Source of the DNA: an uncultured bacterium
Lineage (GTDB): Bacteria; Bacteroidota; Rhodothermia; Balneolales; DATFMH01
Direction of reading: 5' to 3'
DNA: 64,000 nt
NCBI GenBank assembly: GCA_963783355.1
Contig: CAWANF010000013.1
Span: forward strand, 72,158 to 136,157
A program made the translations under genes and the position numbers. Below, piece after piece: positions 1 through 8,775 of this stretch. The notes beneath the pieces are model-generated. The model searched no databases, was not told the origin of the DNA, and was given only the letters and a program-made list of their open reading frames with translations. The stretch's first letter is position 1, and every line of letters begins with the position of its first letter.

Positions 1-30
1 AAATTCAGACCGGAAATGCCGGACAGATTC

Positions 31-867
31 TCAAAGTTGCTGAATAAAAGTCTCCATCAAACGGGCAAAATCCAGTGCTCGTTTTGAAGCCGCTTCTTTG
101 ATTTCTTCATGCGCCAGTTTTTGTTTGCTTACCCCCGCGGCCATATTCGTTATAAGTGATATTCCGAGGCTTCGCATGCCTAAATGTTGTGCCTCGATTA
201 ACTCCGGGGCTGTCGACATGCCAACAGCATCAGCTCCCATAGTTCGGAAAGCTTTGATTTCGGCTTTCGTTTCATAGGATGGCCCCTTGGCATAAAAATA
301 GGTGCCCCTGACCAGATGCAAACCCATCTGTGCTGCAATGGATGTTGCTTTTCGCACGGAAGTTTCATTCTGATAGCTGCTCCAAAGGGAAGTCTCAGAT
401 GTTTTGATCAACACGCCCGGTACGATCAGGCTGTCGATAAGCATAAGATCACCAACCTGGAATCGATTATTGATTCCACCTGCCGCGTTGGAAACTAAAA
501 GAATATCAGAAGAAAACGCATGCGAAAGATGGACAGGGAGCAGCGTTCGTTCAAAAGGATGGCCTTCGTAGTGATGAAATCTGCCCGAAAATACCAGAAC
601 GGTCTTTGAACCAATGGTGCCGATGGACAAGGTGCCGTTATGTCCGGCAACGGTAGTTTGTGGAAAACCGGGAATGTCTTTATAAGTGATTGATAATGTA
701 TGTGTCAGTCTCTGCTCGAATCCTCCAAGGCCCGATCCCAAAATGATAGCGGCGTCAACAGATTCAGAAAAGCCCGTTTCTGTTAAAAATGAATAGATAG
801 AATCAATCGCTTCAGCGCTTGGCGTATTCGTTGACGCTTTCAATGGTGTATCCTTTTTTTTCATCAT
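31..867 (-). CDS. punA: purine nucleoside phosphorylase (trimeric PNP/MTAP family)
   Basis: 278-aa ORF with family motifs GSGLGG, GHNGTL..GRFHHYEGH, SNAAGGIN, GPSYETKAE..GADAVGMSTAPE and NMAAG. The listed start overlaps the upstream gene by 56 nt, so the true start may be an internal non-ATG codon. Confidence 0.85.
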   Translation of the reverse strand: MMKKKDTPLKASTNTPSAEAIDSIYSFLTETGFSESVDAAIILGSGLGGFEQRLTHTLSITYKDIPGFPQTTVAGHNGTLSIGTIGSKTVLVFSGRFHHYEGHPFERTLLPVHLSHAFSSDILLVSNAAGGINNRFQVGDLMLIDSLIVPGVLIKTSETSLWSSYQNETSVRKATSIAAQMGLHLVRGTYFYAKGPSYETKAEIKAFRTMGADAVGMSTAPELIEAQHLGMRSLGISLITNMAAGVSKQKLAHEEIKEAASKRALDFARLMETFIQQL

Positions 868-1612
868 ATCCGGTTAAACGAAACATTGGAGTTTCACTGC
901 TGTGATAAGCCAAAATCACGAATTCTTCTTCTAATGCTTTTTTTGCCAATTCCTGGCGTGCCTGTATGCTTTCTTTTGGATCGAAATCATATTTGGCGGC
1001 AAATTTCTGATTGACATGGCCTTTGGTCGGCAGGACATCACCGGCCATCATATATTTATGTCCACCGGAACGGTACAGGATTACCTGGTGAAATTCACTG
1101 TGCCCGCCAATTTTGTATACCTCAATTTCAGGATATGGATGATCCTGTTCTTTCAGGAAATGAATGTCGGCGCGGGCATCGATGAAATGAAGAAATTCCG
1201 TTTTTAAATCATCATAGAAAACTTTTTCAGATAAAGCCTTCTTCCAGTCATTTTCCGAAACCCAGAGCTTCGTATCCGGAAAAGTGAGTTCCCAATAACC
1301 ATTTTTCCTGTTCGCCAGTCCTCCCAGGTGATCAAAATGAAGATGGCTGCAGATGATATCCGTAATGTCATATTCCGACAGGCCATGATGAGACAGATTC
1401 CGGCAAATAGTATCAATGGATGTGCCCTGACCCAGTTCGCCAAGACCCGTATCGAGTAAAAATTTTCGATCAGGTGTGTTTAACAAAAACGGTTGAATAG
1501 CAATTCTTAATGAACCTTTTTCTGGTTTGCTGTCCCGTTGCATCGGTTTGAAAATTTTATCCAATCCGACGGAAAAAGTGCCTTCATATAAGGGAGCTGC
1601 GTAAGTTTGCAC
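812..1612 (-). CDS. MBL-fold metallo-hydrolase
   Basis: 266-aa ORF with the metallo-beta-lactamase HxHxDH motif 'HLHFDHLGG'. Substrate unknown. Confidence 0.8.
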   Translation of the reverse strand: MQTYAAPLYEGTFSVGLDKIFKPMQRDSKPEKGSLRIAIQPFLLNTPDRKFLLDTGLGELGQGTSIDTICRNLSHHGLSEYDITDIICSHLHFDHLGGLANRKNGYWELTFPDTKLWVSENDWKKALSEKVFYDDLKTEFLHFIDARADIHFLKEQDHPYPEIEVYKIGGHSEFHQVILYRSGGHKYMMAGDVLPTKGHVNQKFAAKYDFDPKESIQARQELAKKALEEEFVILAYHSSETPMFRLTGYDEKKGYTIESVNEYAKR

Positions 1613-1676
1613 AAATAGTTATCTGATTTAAGGAATCTGAATGATGATTTTTGAAATCGCTATAAATATAAGGATT

Positions 1677-2612
1677 TCAGGATTTATTTTTATTCTCGTA
1701 GCGGTCGTAAGCCTGAATGATATCTCTGATAAGCCGGTGGCGGACAACATCCCGCTGATCGAGGTAAACGAATTTAATTCCCTTGATGTTTTCGAGTATC
1801 TGCTGTATAGAGATTAGCCCCGAAGCCTGTGTGCTGGGCAAGTCGGTTTGAGTGATATCGCCCGTAACTATGGCCTGGCTGTTGAGTCCCAAACGAGTTA
1901 AAAACATCTTCATTTGCATATTTGTAGCATTCTGGGCTTCATCCAGGATGACAAAAGCGTTGTTTAACGTTCGACCACGCATATAAGCCAATGGAGCAAT
2001 TTCAATGATATTCTTTGCCATATTCAGTTCAAGACTCTCATAATCAATCATTTCTTCCAGCGCGTCATAAAGCGGGCGCAGGTAGGGATCGATTTTTTCA
2101 CGGAGTCCGCCGGGCAGGAATCCCAGGCTTTCACCGGCTTCAACAGCAGGACGACACAGAACAATTTTTTTGACTCGCCGTTCTTTCAGCGCTTTTACAG
2201 CCAGGGCTACCGAAGTGTAGGTTTTACCGGTACCGGCCGGACCGATGGCAAATACAATGTCGTTATTTTGAACGGTCTGAACAATGTTCCTCTGGCCGGG
2301 AGTCTTAGCTCTTACTGATTCGCCACTATAGGTTTGAAGAATGATATCCGATTCGAAAAACTTTTGTGTTTCGCCAATGGGATCGGTTTTTTTGAGAGCC
2401 AGGACGGTATCCACATCCGCTTCGGAAAGAACCCCTTTGCGCCGTGTGATATCAATCAGATCGGTGATGATAGTTTTAACTTCATTTACTTCGGTTTCTG
2501 AACCGCTGATTCTAAGAATGTTTCCTCGTGCTGTCAGGCGGATATTTGGATAGGCCTGTTCAATTTTAGAAAGGTTTTTATCCTTCAGTCCAAGTATTAA
2601 CACAGGCTCCAC
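1677..2612 (-). CDS. phoH: PhoH-family ATPase
   Basis: 311-aa ORF with Walker A 'GPAGTGKTY' and 'VILDEAQN', collinear with PhoH/YbeZ proteins. Confidence 0.9.
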   Translation of the reverse strand: MEPVLILGLKDKNLSKIEQAYPNIRLTARGNILRISGSETEVNEVKTIITDLIDITRRKGVLSEADVDTVLALKKTDPIGETQKFFESDIILQTYSGESVRAKTPGQRNIVQTVQNNDIVFAIGPAGTGKTYTSVALAVKALKERRVKKIVLCRPAVEAGESLGFLPGGLREKIDPYLRPLYDALEEMIDYESLELNMAKNIIEIAPLAYMRGRTLNNAFVILDEAQNATNMQMKMFLTRLGLNSQAIVTGDITQTDLPSTQASGLISIQQILENIKGIKFVYLDQRDVVRHRLIRDIIQAYDRYENKNKS

Positions 2613-2813
2613 ACCTGTAATGACAATTTTTTGTTCTTTTATTTGCGTCTTAGCTTCGATAATTATTCAGGCTTTAGTTAGAATTTTCATGGAGCATTCG
2701 CTTCGTGACTATATAAACAAATATGTTTATTCATTTAATAAGAATAAAGTCATTCTGCTAACCAGATACGAAATTTTCCAGCTTTTTTAAAACAATTAGA
2801 AGAATAATAACAT

Positions 2814-3494
2814 TCAGACAAGAAGTCGTTTTCCTGAAACAGCCTTTTTATGTAATTCGGCCACACTTTGTGTGATATCATCCGTTTTGAAAATATTGCT
2901 CCCAACAACAAAAACATCAGCGCCGCTATGGGATACCTGTTCGATATTTTTCAGCCCTATTCCACCATCTACTTCAATGAGAAACCGGAGGCCTTCTTTA
3001 TTTCTCAGGGCAACCAACTCTTTGATTCGATTGTAACTATGCTCTATAAATTTTTGTCCTCCAAAGCCAGGATTTACCGTCATCAGCAGTACTAAATCAA
3101 CATCTGGTAAAATGGGTTCGATGTTATGTAAGGAGGTCGCCGGATTGATAGCAACACCGGCCCGGATACCTTCCGACTTAATTTTCTGAATGGAACGGTG
3201 AAGGTGGGTAGATGCTTCGTAATGAACCGTAATCTGATCGGCACCGGCTTTAACGAAAGCACTCACATAATCATCGGGGTTATAAATCATCAGGTGAACA
3301 TCAAGAAATACATCGGTACTTCTGTTTGCTGCTTCAACCACTAAAGGTCCGAATGAAATATTAGGCACGAAATGTCCATCCATGATATCGCAATGAATCC
3401 ATTCTGCTCCACCTGCGATACTGTTTTGAATATCCTGCTCAAGATGAGTAAAATCAGCGGCTAAAATAGAAGGAGCAATAATCGAAGTAGACAT
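2814..3494 (-). CDS. rpe: ribulose-phosphate 3-epimerase
   Basis: 226-aa ORF with 'APSILAADF', 'HCDIMDGHFVPNISFG', 'MTVNPGFGGQKF' and 'EVDGGI'. Confidence 0.95.
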   Translation of the reverse strand: MSTSIIAPSILAADFTHLEQDIQNSIAGGAEWIHCDIMDGHFVPNISFGPLVVEAANRSTDVFLDVHLMIYNPDDYVSAFVKAGADQITVHYEASTHLHRSIQKIKSEGIRAGVAINPATSLHNIEPILPDVDLVLLMTVNPGFGGQKFIEHSYNRIKELVALRNKEGLRFLIEVDGGIGLKNIEQVSHSGADVFVVGSNIFKTDDITQSVAELHKKAVSGKRLLV

Positions 3495-3500
3495 GAAATA

Positions 3501-4349
3501 TCAGTTTTTGTGATTATTGGGTTTGGCAGCAGCCGGGATAGAGTCGTTTTTTATCTGGGTCGTATCAGCGTTTACCGGTCCGGTTTCGGTACCTTCCTGG
3601 GATAAAGATGACGGACGTTCTGAGACTACTAAATTTACCAGCGAACCTTCCAACAGGCTGTCTTTGTCGGATGGAGAATAGCTGATGACAATGTAGGGAT
3701 CCAGTTTGGCATCCGGTTTATAAATAATCTCACCGGTTCGTAATCCAGCATTTCTAATCTTGCTTTGTGCTTCATACATCCGCAATCCGGTTAACTTCGG
3801 GACCAGAACTTTATTAACACCTAGTCCGTCACTGACTGTCAGGCTTACAATCGTGCCTTTCTCTACAGATATTCCTGCTTGTATCGATTGTCGTAAAACT
3901 GTGTTTTTAAAAGGTGAAGAAACGTAGGTGGCCCCACCGAATTCTAGCCCATAATTTTTCAATTGCAGCTGGGCGTTTCTGAGAGACATATTTTCTACGT
4001 TGGGAACCTCTACTTTCGGTGCATTGGCTGCATTGACCGTCAGATAAATGAAGCGTCCCGGTTTCACAATTAAAGAGGGTGATGGTGACTGATCGATAAC
4101 GTAATCCGGCGGGTACGAAGCGGTGTACCTTCTGTCGATGACAGAATCCCTCAATCCGTCCCGTTTTAGTAGTTCTCTGGCTTCGGTGAAGGGCAGTTTA
4201 GTCACATCAGGAACGGTAAGCCCCTGGTTATACCGGGTATAATAGGGCATGATATAGAAATTGAGCAACGCAAGAAAAATAGCGCCAAACAATGCTATAC
4301 TCAGAAGCAGAAGATAAAATCGGATGTCTTTTAATAATTTCTTGAACAT
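3501..4349 (-). CDS. membrane-anchored PASTA-domain protein (three PASTA repeats, no catalytic domain)
   Basis: 282 aa with an N-terminal TM helix, then three repeats of the 'VP(D/N/K)v..l....A...L...GL' type. Low-complexity Pro/Thr-rich tail. Confidence 0.8.
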   Translation of the reverse strand: MFKKLLKDIRFYLLLLSIALFGAIFLALLNFYIMPYYTRYNQGLTVPDVTKLPFTEARELLKRDGLRDSVIDRRYTASYPPDYVIDQSPSPSLIVKPGRFIYLTVNAANAPKVEVPNVENMSLRNAQLQLKNYGLEFGGATYVSSPFKNTVLRQSIQAGISVEKGTIVSLTVSDGLGVNKVLVPKLTGLRMYEAQSKIRNAGLRTGEIIYKPDAKLDPYIVISYSPSDKDSLLEGSLVNLVVSERPSSLSQEGTETGPVNADTTQIKNDSIPAAAKPNNHKN

Positions 4350-4378
4350 TGTATAAAGATACGATCAGAAGTTCATTC

Positions 4379-5356
4379 CTAAAAACTCAATTGAAATCTG
4401 AGGCCATTGTTTTGATCGTTTATGTAATAAACGGAGGCATGCAGTCTTTCATTATGAAGTTTTGATGTAAAATAAGCATCAAAAGCGGAAACAAAGTGAT
4501 TGACGATGACTAAAGTCAGCATTCTGCTGGCCGTACGGAGATGATCATTGAAATCAGCGGCGCGATGAGCGCCCAAATGCCAGTCATATGACATACCGTT
4601 GGGTTCCCATACAATCTGGGTGGGTTGTGTATTGAAATCTTTCCAACCCGGTCCGAACTGATAATATTTGCTCATGAGCTCATAATATTGCTGCGAACCC
4701 AAATCAGGCAGATTATGAGAGAAGGCATTGCCGCTTGTTCCATCGTAATACGTTTTTCGCTCAAGCTGGTGTACCGCATTGATATTGACACGTTTCCAGT
4801 CGTCACGGGTATTCGCTGAACTGGTTCCCAATTGATACCCTGGATTTGCCAGTGAATTGTACGTTATGGGGTTATTTGGGTAAAAAGCATTGTGATAATC
4901 GACCAAAAAACGGGCATATTTCACAACACTCCAGTTCAAATCGGCATATTGATGATAATCCCTGGTAAGATTGTTGCCCTCGTTCTGCATTACAAAGTGA
5001 TAGGTTAATGCAGCCGCTTCAATGGTAAGAAATATACCGGCTTTCAGCCATTGTCCGTTCGCCATTTGTCCGATTCCGGGAACAGCAGCAGATGACAAAA
5101 ATGCCAGTCCCGGTTTTCGTTCAATAGTATTAAAGAATCCTTTGTTTGAAGTGACTTTTTTTGATGTAACCGAATCATTACTGAAGGTGTACAACTGAAA
5201 AGGAAGCAGATTGTGGGATACTATTTTTTTATTCGGCTTTTCCTGAACCGTTTTAGAAATGACCACACTGTAATCCTGCCCTAATGCCGGCCGCGCAACG
5301 ATGATATGCAGGGCGAACATCAATAATATCCACGTAAACTTTTGAATTGATTTCAT
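4379..5356 (-). CDS. secreted/outer-membrane hypothetical protein
   Basis: 325 aa with a signal peptide (MKSIQKFTWILLMFALHIIVARPALGQ). The motif 'PGIGQMANGQWLKAG' followed by a hydrophobic helix resembles DUF5683, but that family call is from memory only. Confidence 0.6.
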   Translation of the reverse strand: MKSIQKFTWILLMFALHIIVARPALGQDYSVVISKTVQEKPNKKIVSHNLLPFQLYTFSNDSVTSKKVTSNKGFFNTIERKPGLAFLSSAAVPGIGQMANGQWLKAGIFLTIEAAALTYHFVMQNEGNNLTRDYHQYADLNWSVVKYARFLVDYHNAFYPNNPITYNSLANPGYQLGTSSANTRDDWKRVNINAVHQLERKTYYDGTSGNAFSHNLPDLGSQQYYELMSKYYQFGPGWKDFNTQPTQIVWEPNGMSYDWHLGAHRAADFNDHLRTASRMLTLVIVNHFVSAFDAYFTSKLHNERLHASVYYINDQNNGLRFQLSF

Positions 5357-5403
5357 GAATTCGTCAATTAGGTGTCTGACACTAAAATGTACTTTGAATG
5401 AGC

Positions 5404-8400
5404 TTACATATCAAAATCGAATAATAGTCCGAAATGGATTAAGATGCTTTTTCCATAACTGACACGGTTGCTTCCGGTATCGGTGATAAACTCGGATGGC
5501 AGATGAACGCCAAATTTATTCAATCCATAAGCTCCGCTGATAAAGAATCGGCTCGGGAAGAAATAATTGGTATTCAGGCTAACCCTCAGTTCAGCACCGA
5601 TTCCTGTTTTTAAATTGTTGCCGATATTGAGCGGGCCGCCCCATCCGTTGCCTGTTTCAATAAATAACCGGGTAAAAATTTTATCCAGTGTAAATCGTCC
5701 ATATTGCTTGTTTAAGTTAGTTATAACCGGGAAAATGTACGACATCTCGGCATAGGCCGTAGTCGTGCCACCGATGGCAAAATATGGATAACTTCTCATT
5801 CCTGTTAATCCACCGATGTAATCAAGGAAGAAATAATCACTTGGATTGTTGAAATATGTGAAAAAGCGTGATTTCAGCTCTATAGTCTCACCAAGGGCAT
5901 GAAACCCGTATTTTACATTGGCTTCGGCTGATTTATTTTCATAATTCTTGTACTCCGGAGACAACAGGCCATCCTTGAGTTGGTATTTGTCGAGTAATTT
6001 ACTTGGCTGATAGTTCAGGCGAACCTGGCCTTTGATGCCAATCGGAGCGATATCATCATTTCTATAGGGTTCGTTCAACCGGAAGATATAGGCCGCTGTC
6101 AGGCCGGTGCCGATATAATAACGCGATGAAGTTCCACTGACAGTGCTTTTGTATTCTTTGGAGTAAAATGATGAATTGGAAACTTTATAGGGCGAATAGG
6201 AAGCTCCCAATTCCAATAGACTCCAGTTATTTATTTTACTGCGTAAATACACATCCGCCTCCCAGATGTTGTAAGCAATATCAACTTTTTGGGTATCAGG
6301 CAGACAAGAAACGCATGGATAATCCGTAACCGACAATCCGTTTTTTACATTACGCCGCATATTATAAAGTTCGACAGAAATGTCCGGCGACCAGCGGCGT
6401 TTGATGAAAGGCAGTCCATCGTAATCGACGGTCAGGAATAAATCACGATCCAGGTTTGAAAGTCGGGAAGGAGACAGGAAATCGGTGATGCCATTCGAAG
6501 ATAATGAGCCAAAACCAAATAATGCACCGCCAAAAATAGAAAACTTGTTCAGTACATCATGCGATGACATGTAAAAACCGATTTTGTTATCCCTCCACAG
6601 GTTTTCAGCCAGTTTTCCAACTTTTCCACCCGTTAAAAGAGGTCCGTTTGCGCCTTCGGGACGTGCATAATTATCAAATCGAATAACCGGGTAAAAGCTG
6701 AAATTCGTAAATACATCTTTATAGGAATACAATGTTCTCTGATTAGGTTCACCCCGTGTTTTGATCGAAAAATGATAACTACCGGTGTCGGCTTCAGCCA
6801 TGATTTTAGACGAAAACTGATTCAGATCATTGTCGTTAAATTTATTCAGATGAGTGTAAGCGGCTTTTACATGAAATGTATCGGCTAATGCCGGACGCAC
6901 ATAGGTTCCCAGGGAATCCATAGCTAACAAATCAGGAATTTTCGCCATGCTGATTTTATAGCCGGAAGCTTTATACTCTGAATAGGAGAGATCCCCACTT
7001 TTGTTTACTGTCGGGAAAAATGCACCACCATGAACACTGGTCAGCTGCCTGCTTTTTCCCGTCTCCATATTCATCCGGTAAATATTAAAAATGCCCGTCT
7101 TATCGCTGGAATAGTATAAATATTTTCCTTCAGGGCCCATTTCAGGATCCCGATAATTATAAATACCATCACCTAATATGCGGGAAGAAGTATCTGTTGC
7201 GATATCGAGTTTATAAATTTTTCGTCGGGCTGTATCCGATTCGCTGTAATAAATATACTTACCATTTTTCGACCACGCCGGATGATAAACCTGCTGTCCG
7301 TTTTGGAAGTGGGTCAGCAATTTGATGCTCTTGTCTTTTACATTTAACAGGGCGAGGTTAATGGTGGCATCTCCCTCAATGACGGCAGCAATTTGCTTTC
7401 CGTCCGGACTCCATGCCGGTTCCGTAATCCGTTTACTATGCGTGATTCGTGTACTTTTGCGGGTCTGTAAATCATAAATGAAGATATCTTTATAATCTTC
7501 ACCGTATTTATTCAGAGTAAGCCGGCTGTACGCAATTTTCTTCCCATCCGGTGAATAAGAATAAGCCGAGGATTCAATTTTCAGCTCGGGCCTGATAAGC
7601 GTGCCATCGCTATAGGTATTATTGGTACTTTTAGAAAACGGGGAAGCATTTCTGAAAGCGAGAACGGTCTTATCGGTTTTTAAGTTGTGAAAATACAGTT
7701 TGACTTCATAGGTATCCTGGCCTTTGTTGGACAGATAAGCCAGTGTTTTTCCGTCAGGTGAAAATACCGGGTTTAAATCATAGAAACCTTTGGATTCTAC
7801 AGGTGTGGAACGAGTAAATTTCAGGGGAGATAAAGCCTGTTGGTATTCCATGTGAAGGGAATCAACCCATTGTTTGTAGATGACATTTCCATCAATACCG
7901 GTGGCCATTTTCATGGCTTTGGCGACATCATTCACCCCTTTTTTCGCTAAAGCGCGGGAAATCTTATACAAGACATCTTCGCCAAACCGGTGGGCAAGGT
8001 AACGGGTTAATGCAAAACCCTGGTTGTAAACGACTTCTCGTTCTATGCTCGTTTTCGAGGTGAACGTTCCCATTTTTCCCAGCGATAGCTGAGTATGGTC
8101 CATAATTCTCGTACGTAAAACCATGTCACGGTGCGTATCCCAGAAATCGTAATGAAGGCCTTCTCTTTGAAATTGCGCTGTTCCTTCTGCCATCCACGAC
8201 GGTACACTGATGCTTGCAAATGGAAACGTGATAATACCGTCGGGATACCCGTAAAGAACATCAGGGCGCCGGATATTTTCGTACGTGAGCCACTGGAAAT
8301 AAATAGCGGGGACGCTTCGCTTACGTTTCATAGCGGATTGAAGCTGAATCATATGCGTAAATTCGTGGCTGATCACATTCCGATACCAATCATGCGTGCC

Positions 8401-8775
8401 GCGTAATGGCATATCCAGCGCCGGGACCCAAATATCGATCATATTATCAAAGAAATAGGAGGCCCCGTTGGAATAATCCTCGCGATCGTGAAGAATGATG
8501 CTGATTTTGGTATTCGGTTCGTGATGATATAATTGCGTGATCGGGCCATAAACTTCCTCGGCAACCCTGGAAACCACCTGTGCCGAACGGCTGTTTCCTT
8601 TTTGGAAATGAATCAGGAAATGTTTACTGGAAATGGTGTACCACGGACGCTGATTTTCCGGGTAGTTGTAATCCTGCGGGTTCACCTGTGCACGGGTAAC
8701 CTTCGGAAAAACAATGAGCATCGCCATAGCAGCGATTAGAAAGAAATGGGTGATATGGATTCTTCGCAATATCAA
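5404..8775 (-). CDS. large secreted HExxH metallopeptidase-like / TolB-like beta-propeller / C-terminal beta-strand-rich protein
   Basis: 1123 aa with a signal peptide and an intact 'HEFTH' at nt 8353-8367. Repeated 'SPDGK..A(Y/A)' blades, as in TolB/WD40-like propellers. Long Tyr/Gly/Phe-rich C-terminal region. The TTG start overlaps the upstream stop by 4 nt. Confidence 0.75.
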   Translation of the reverse strand: MILRRIHITHFFLIAAMAMLIVFPKVTRAQVNPQDYNYPENQRPWYTISSKHFLIHFQKGNSRSAQVVSRVAEEVYGPITQLYHHEPNTKISIILHDREDYSNGASYFFDNMIDIWVPALDMPLRGTHDWYRNVISHEFTHMIQLQSAMKRKRSVPAIYFQWLTYENIRRPDVLYGYPDGIITFPFASISVPSWMAEGTAQFQREGLHYDFWDTHRDMVLRTRIMDHTQLSLGKMGTFTSKTSIEREVVYNQGFALTRYLAHRFGEDVLYKISRALAKKGVNDVAKAMKMATGIDGNVIYKQWVDSLHMEYQQALSPLKFTRSTPVESKGFYDLNPVFSPDGKTLAYLSNKGQDTYEVKLYFHNLKTDKTVLAFRNASPFSKSTNNTYSDGTLIRPELKIESSAYSYSPDGKKIAYSRLTLNKYGEDYKDIFIYDLQTRKSTRITHSKRITEPAWSPDGKQIAAVIEGDATINLALLNVKDKSIKLLTHFQNGQQVYHPAWSKNGKYIYYSESDTARRKIYKLDIATDTSSRILGDGIYNYRDPEMGPEGKYLYYSSDKTGIFNIYRMNMETGKSRQLTSVHGGAFFPTVNKSGDLSYSEYKASGYKISMAKIPDLLAMDSLGTYVRPALADTFHVKAAYTHLNKFNDNDLNQFSSKIMAEADTGSYHFSIKTRGEPNQRTLYSYKDVFTNFSFYPVIRFDNYARPEGANGPLLTGGKVGKLAENLWRDNKIGFYMSSHDVLNKFSIFGGALFGFGSLSSNGITDFLSPSRLSNLDRDLFLTVDYDGLPFIKRRWSPDISVELYNMRRNVKNGLSVTDYPCVSCLPDTQKVDIAYNIWEADVYLRSKINNWSLLELGASYSPYKVSNSSFYSKEYKSTVSGTSSRYYIGTGLTAAYIFRLNEPYRNDDIAPIGIKGQVRLNYQPSKLLDKYQLKDGLLSPEYKNYENKSAEANVKYGFHALGETIELKSRFFTYFNNPSDYFFLDYIGGLTGMRSYPYFAIGGTTTAYAEMSYIFPVITNLNKQYGRFTLDKIFTRLFIETGNGWGGPLNIGNNLKTGIGAELRVSLNTNYFFPSRFFISGAYGLNKFGVHLPSEFITDTGSNRVSYGKSILIHFGLLFDFDM

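Noticed and set aside
812-867. 56-nt overlap between the MBL hydrolase 3' end and the punA start.
   Set aside because: It is most likely an over-extended punA start call, since conserved PNP sequence begins about 25-30 codons downstream. It is not taken as a real long overlap or a programmed recoding site.
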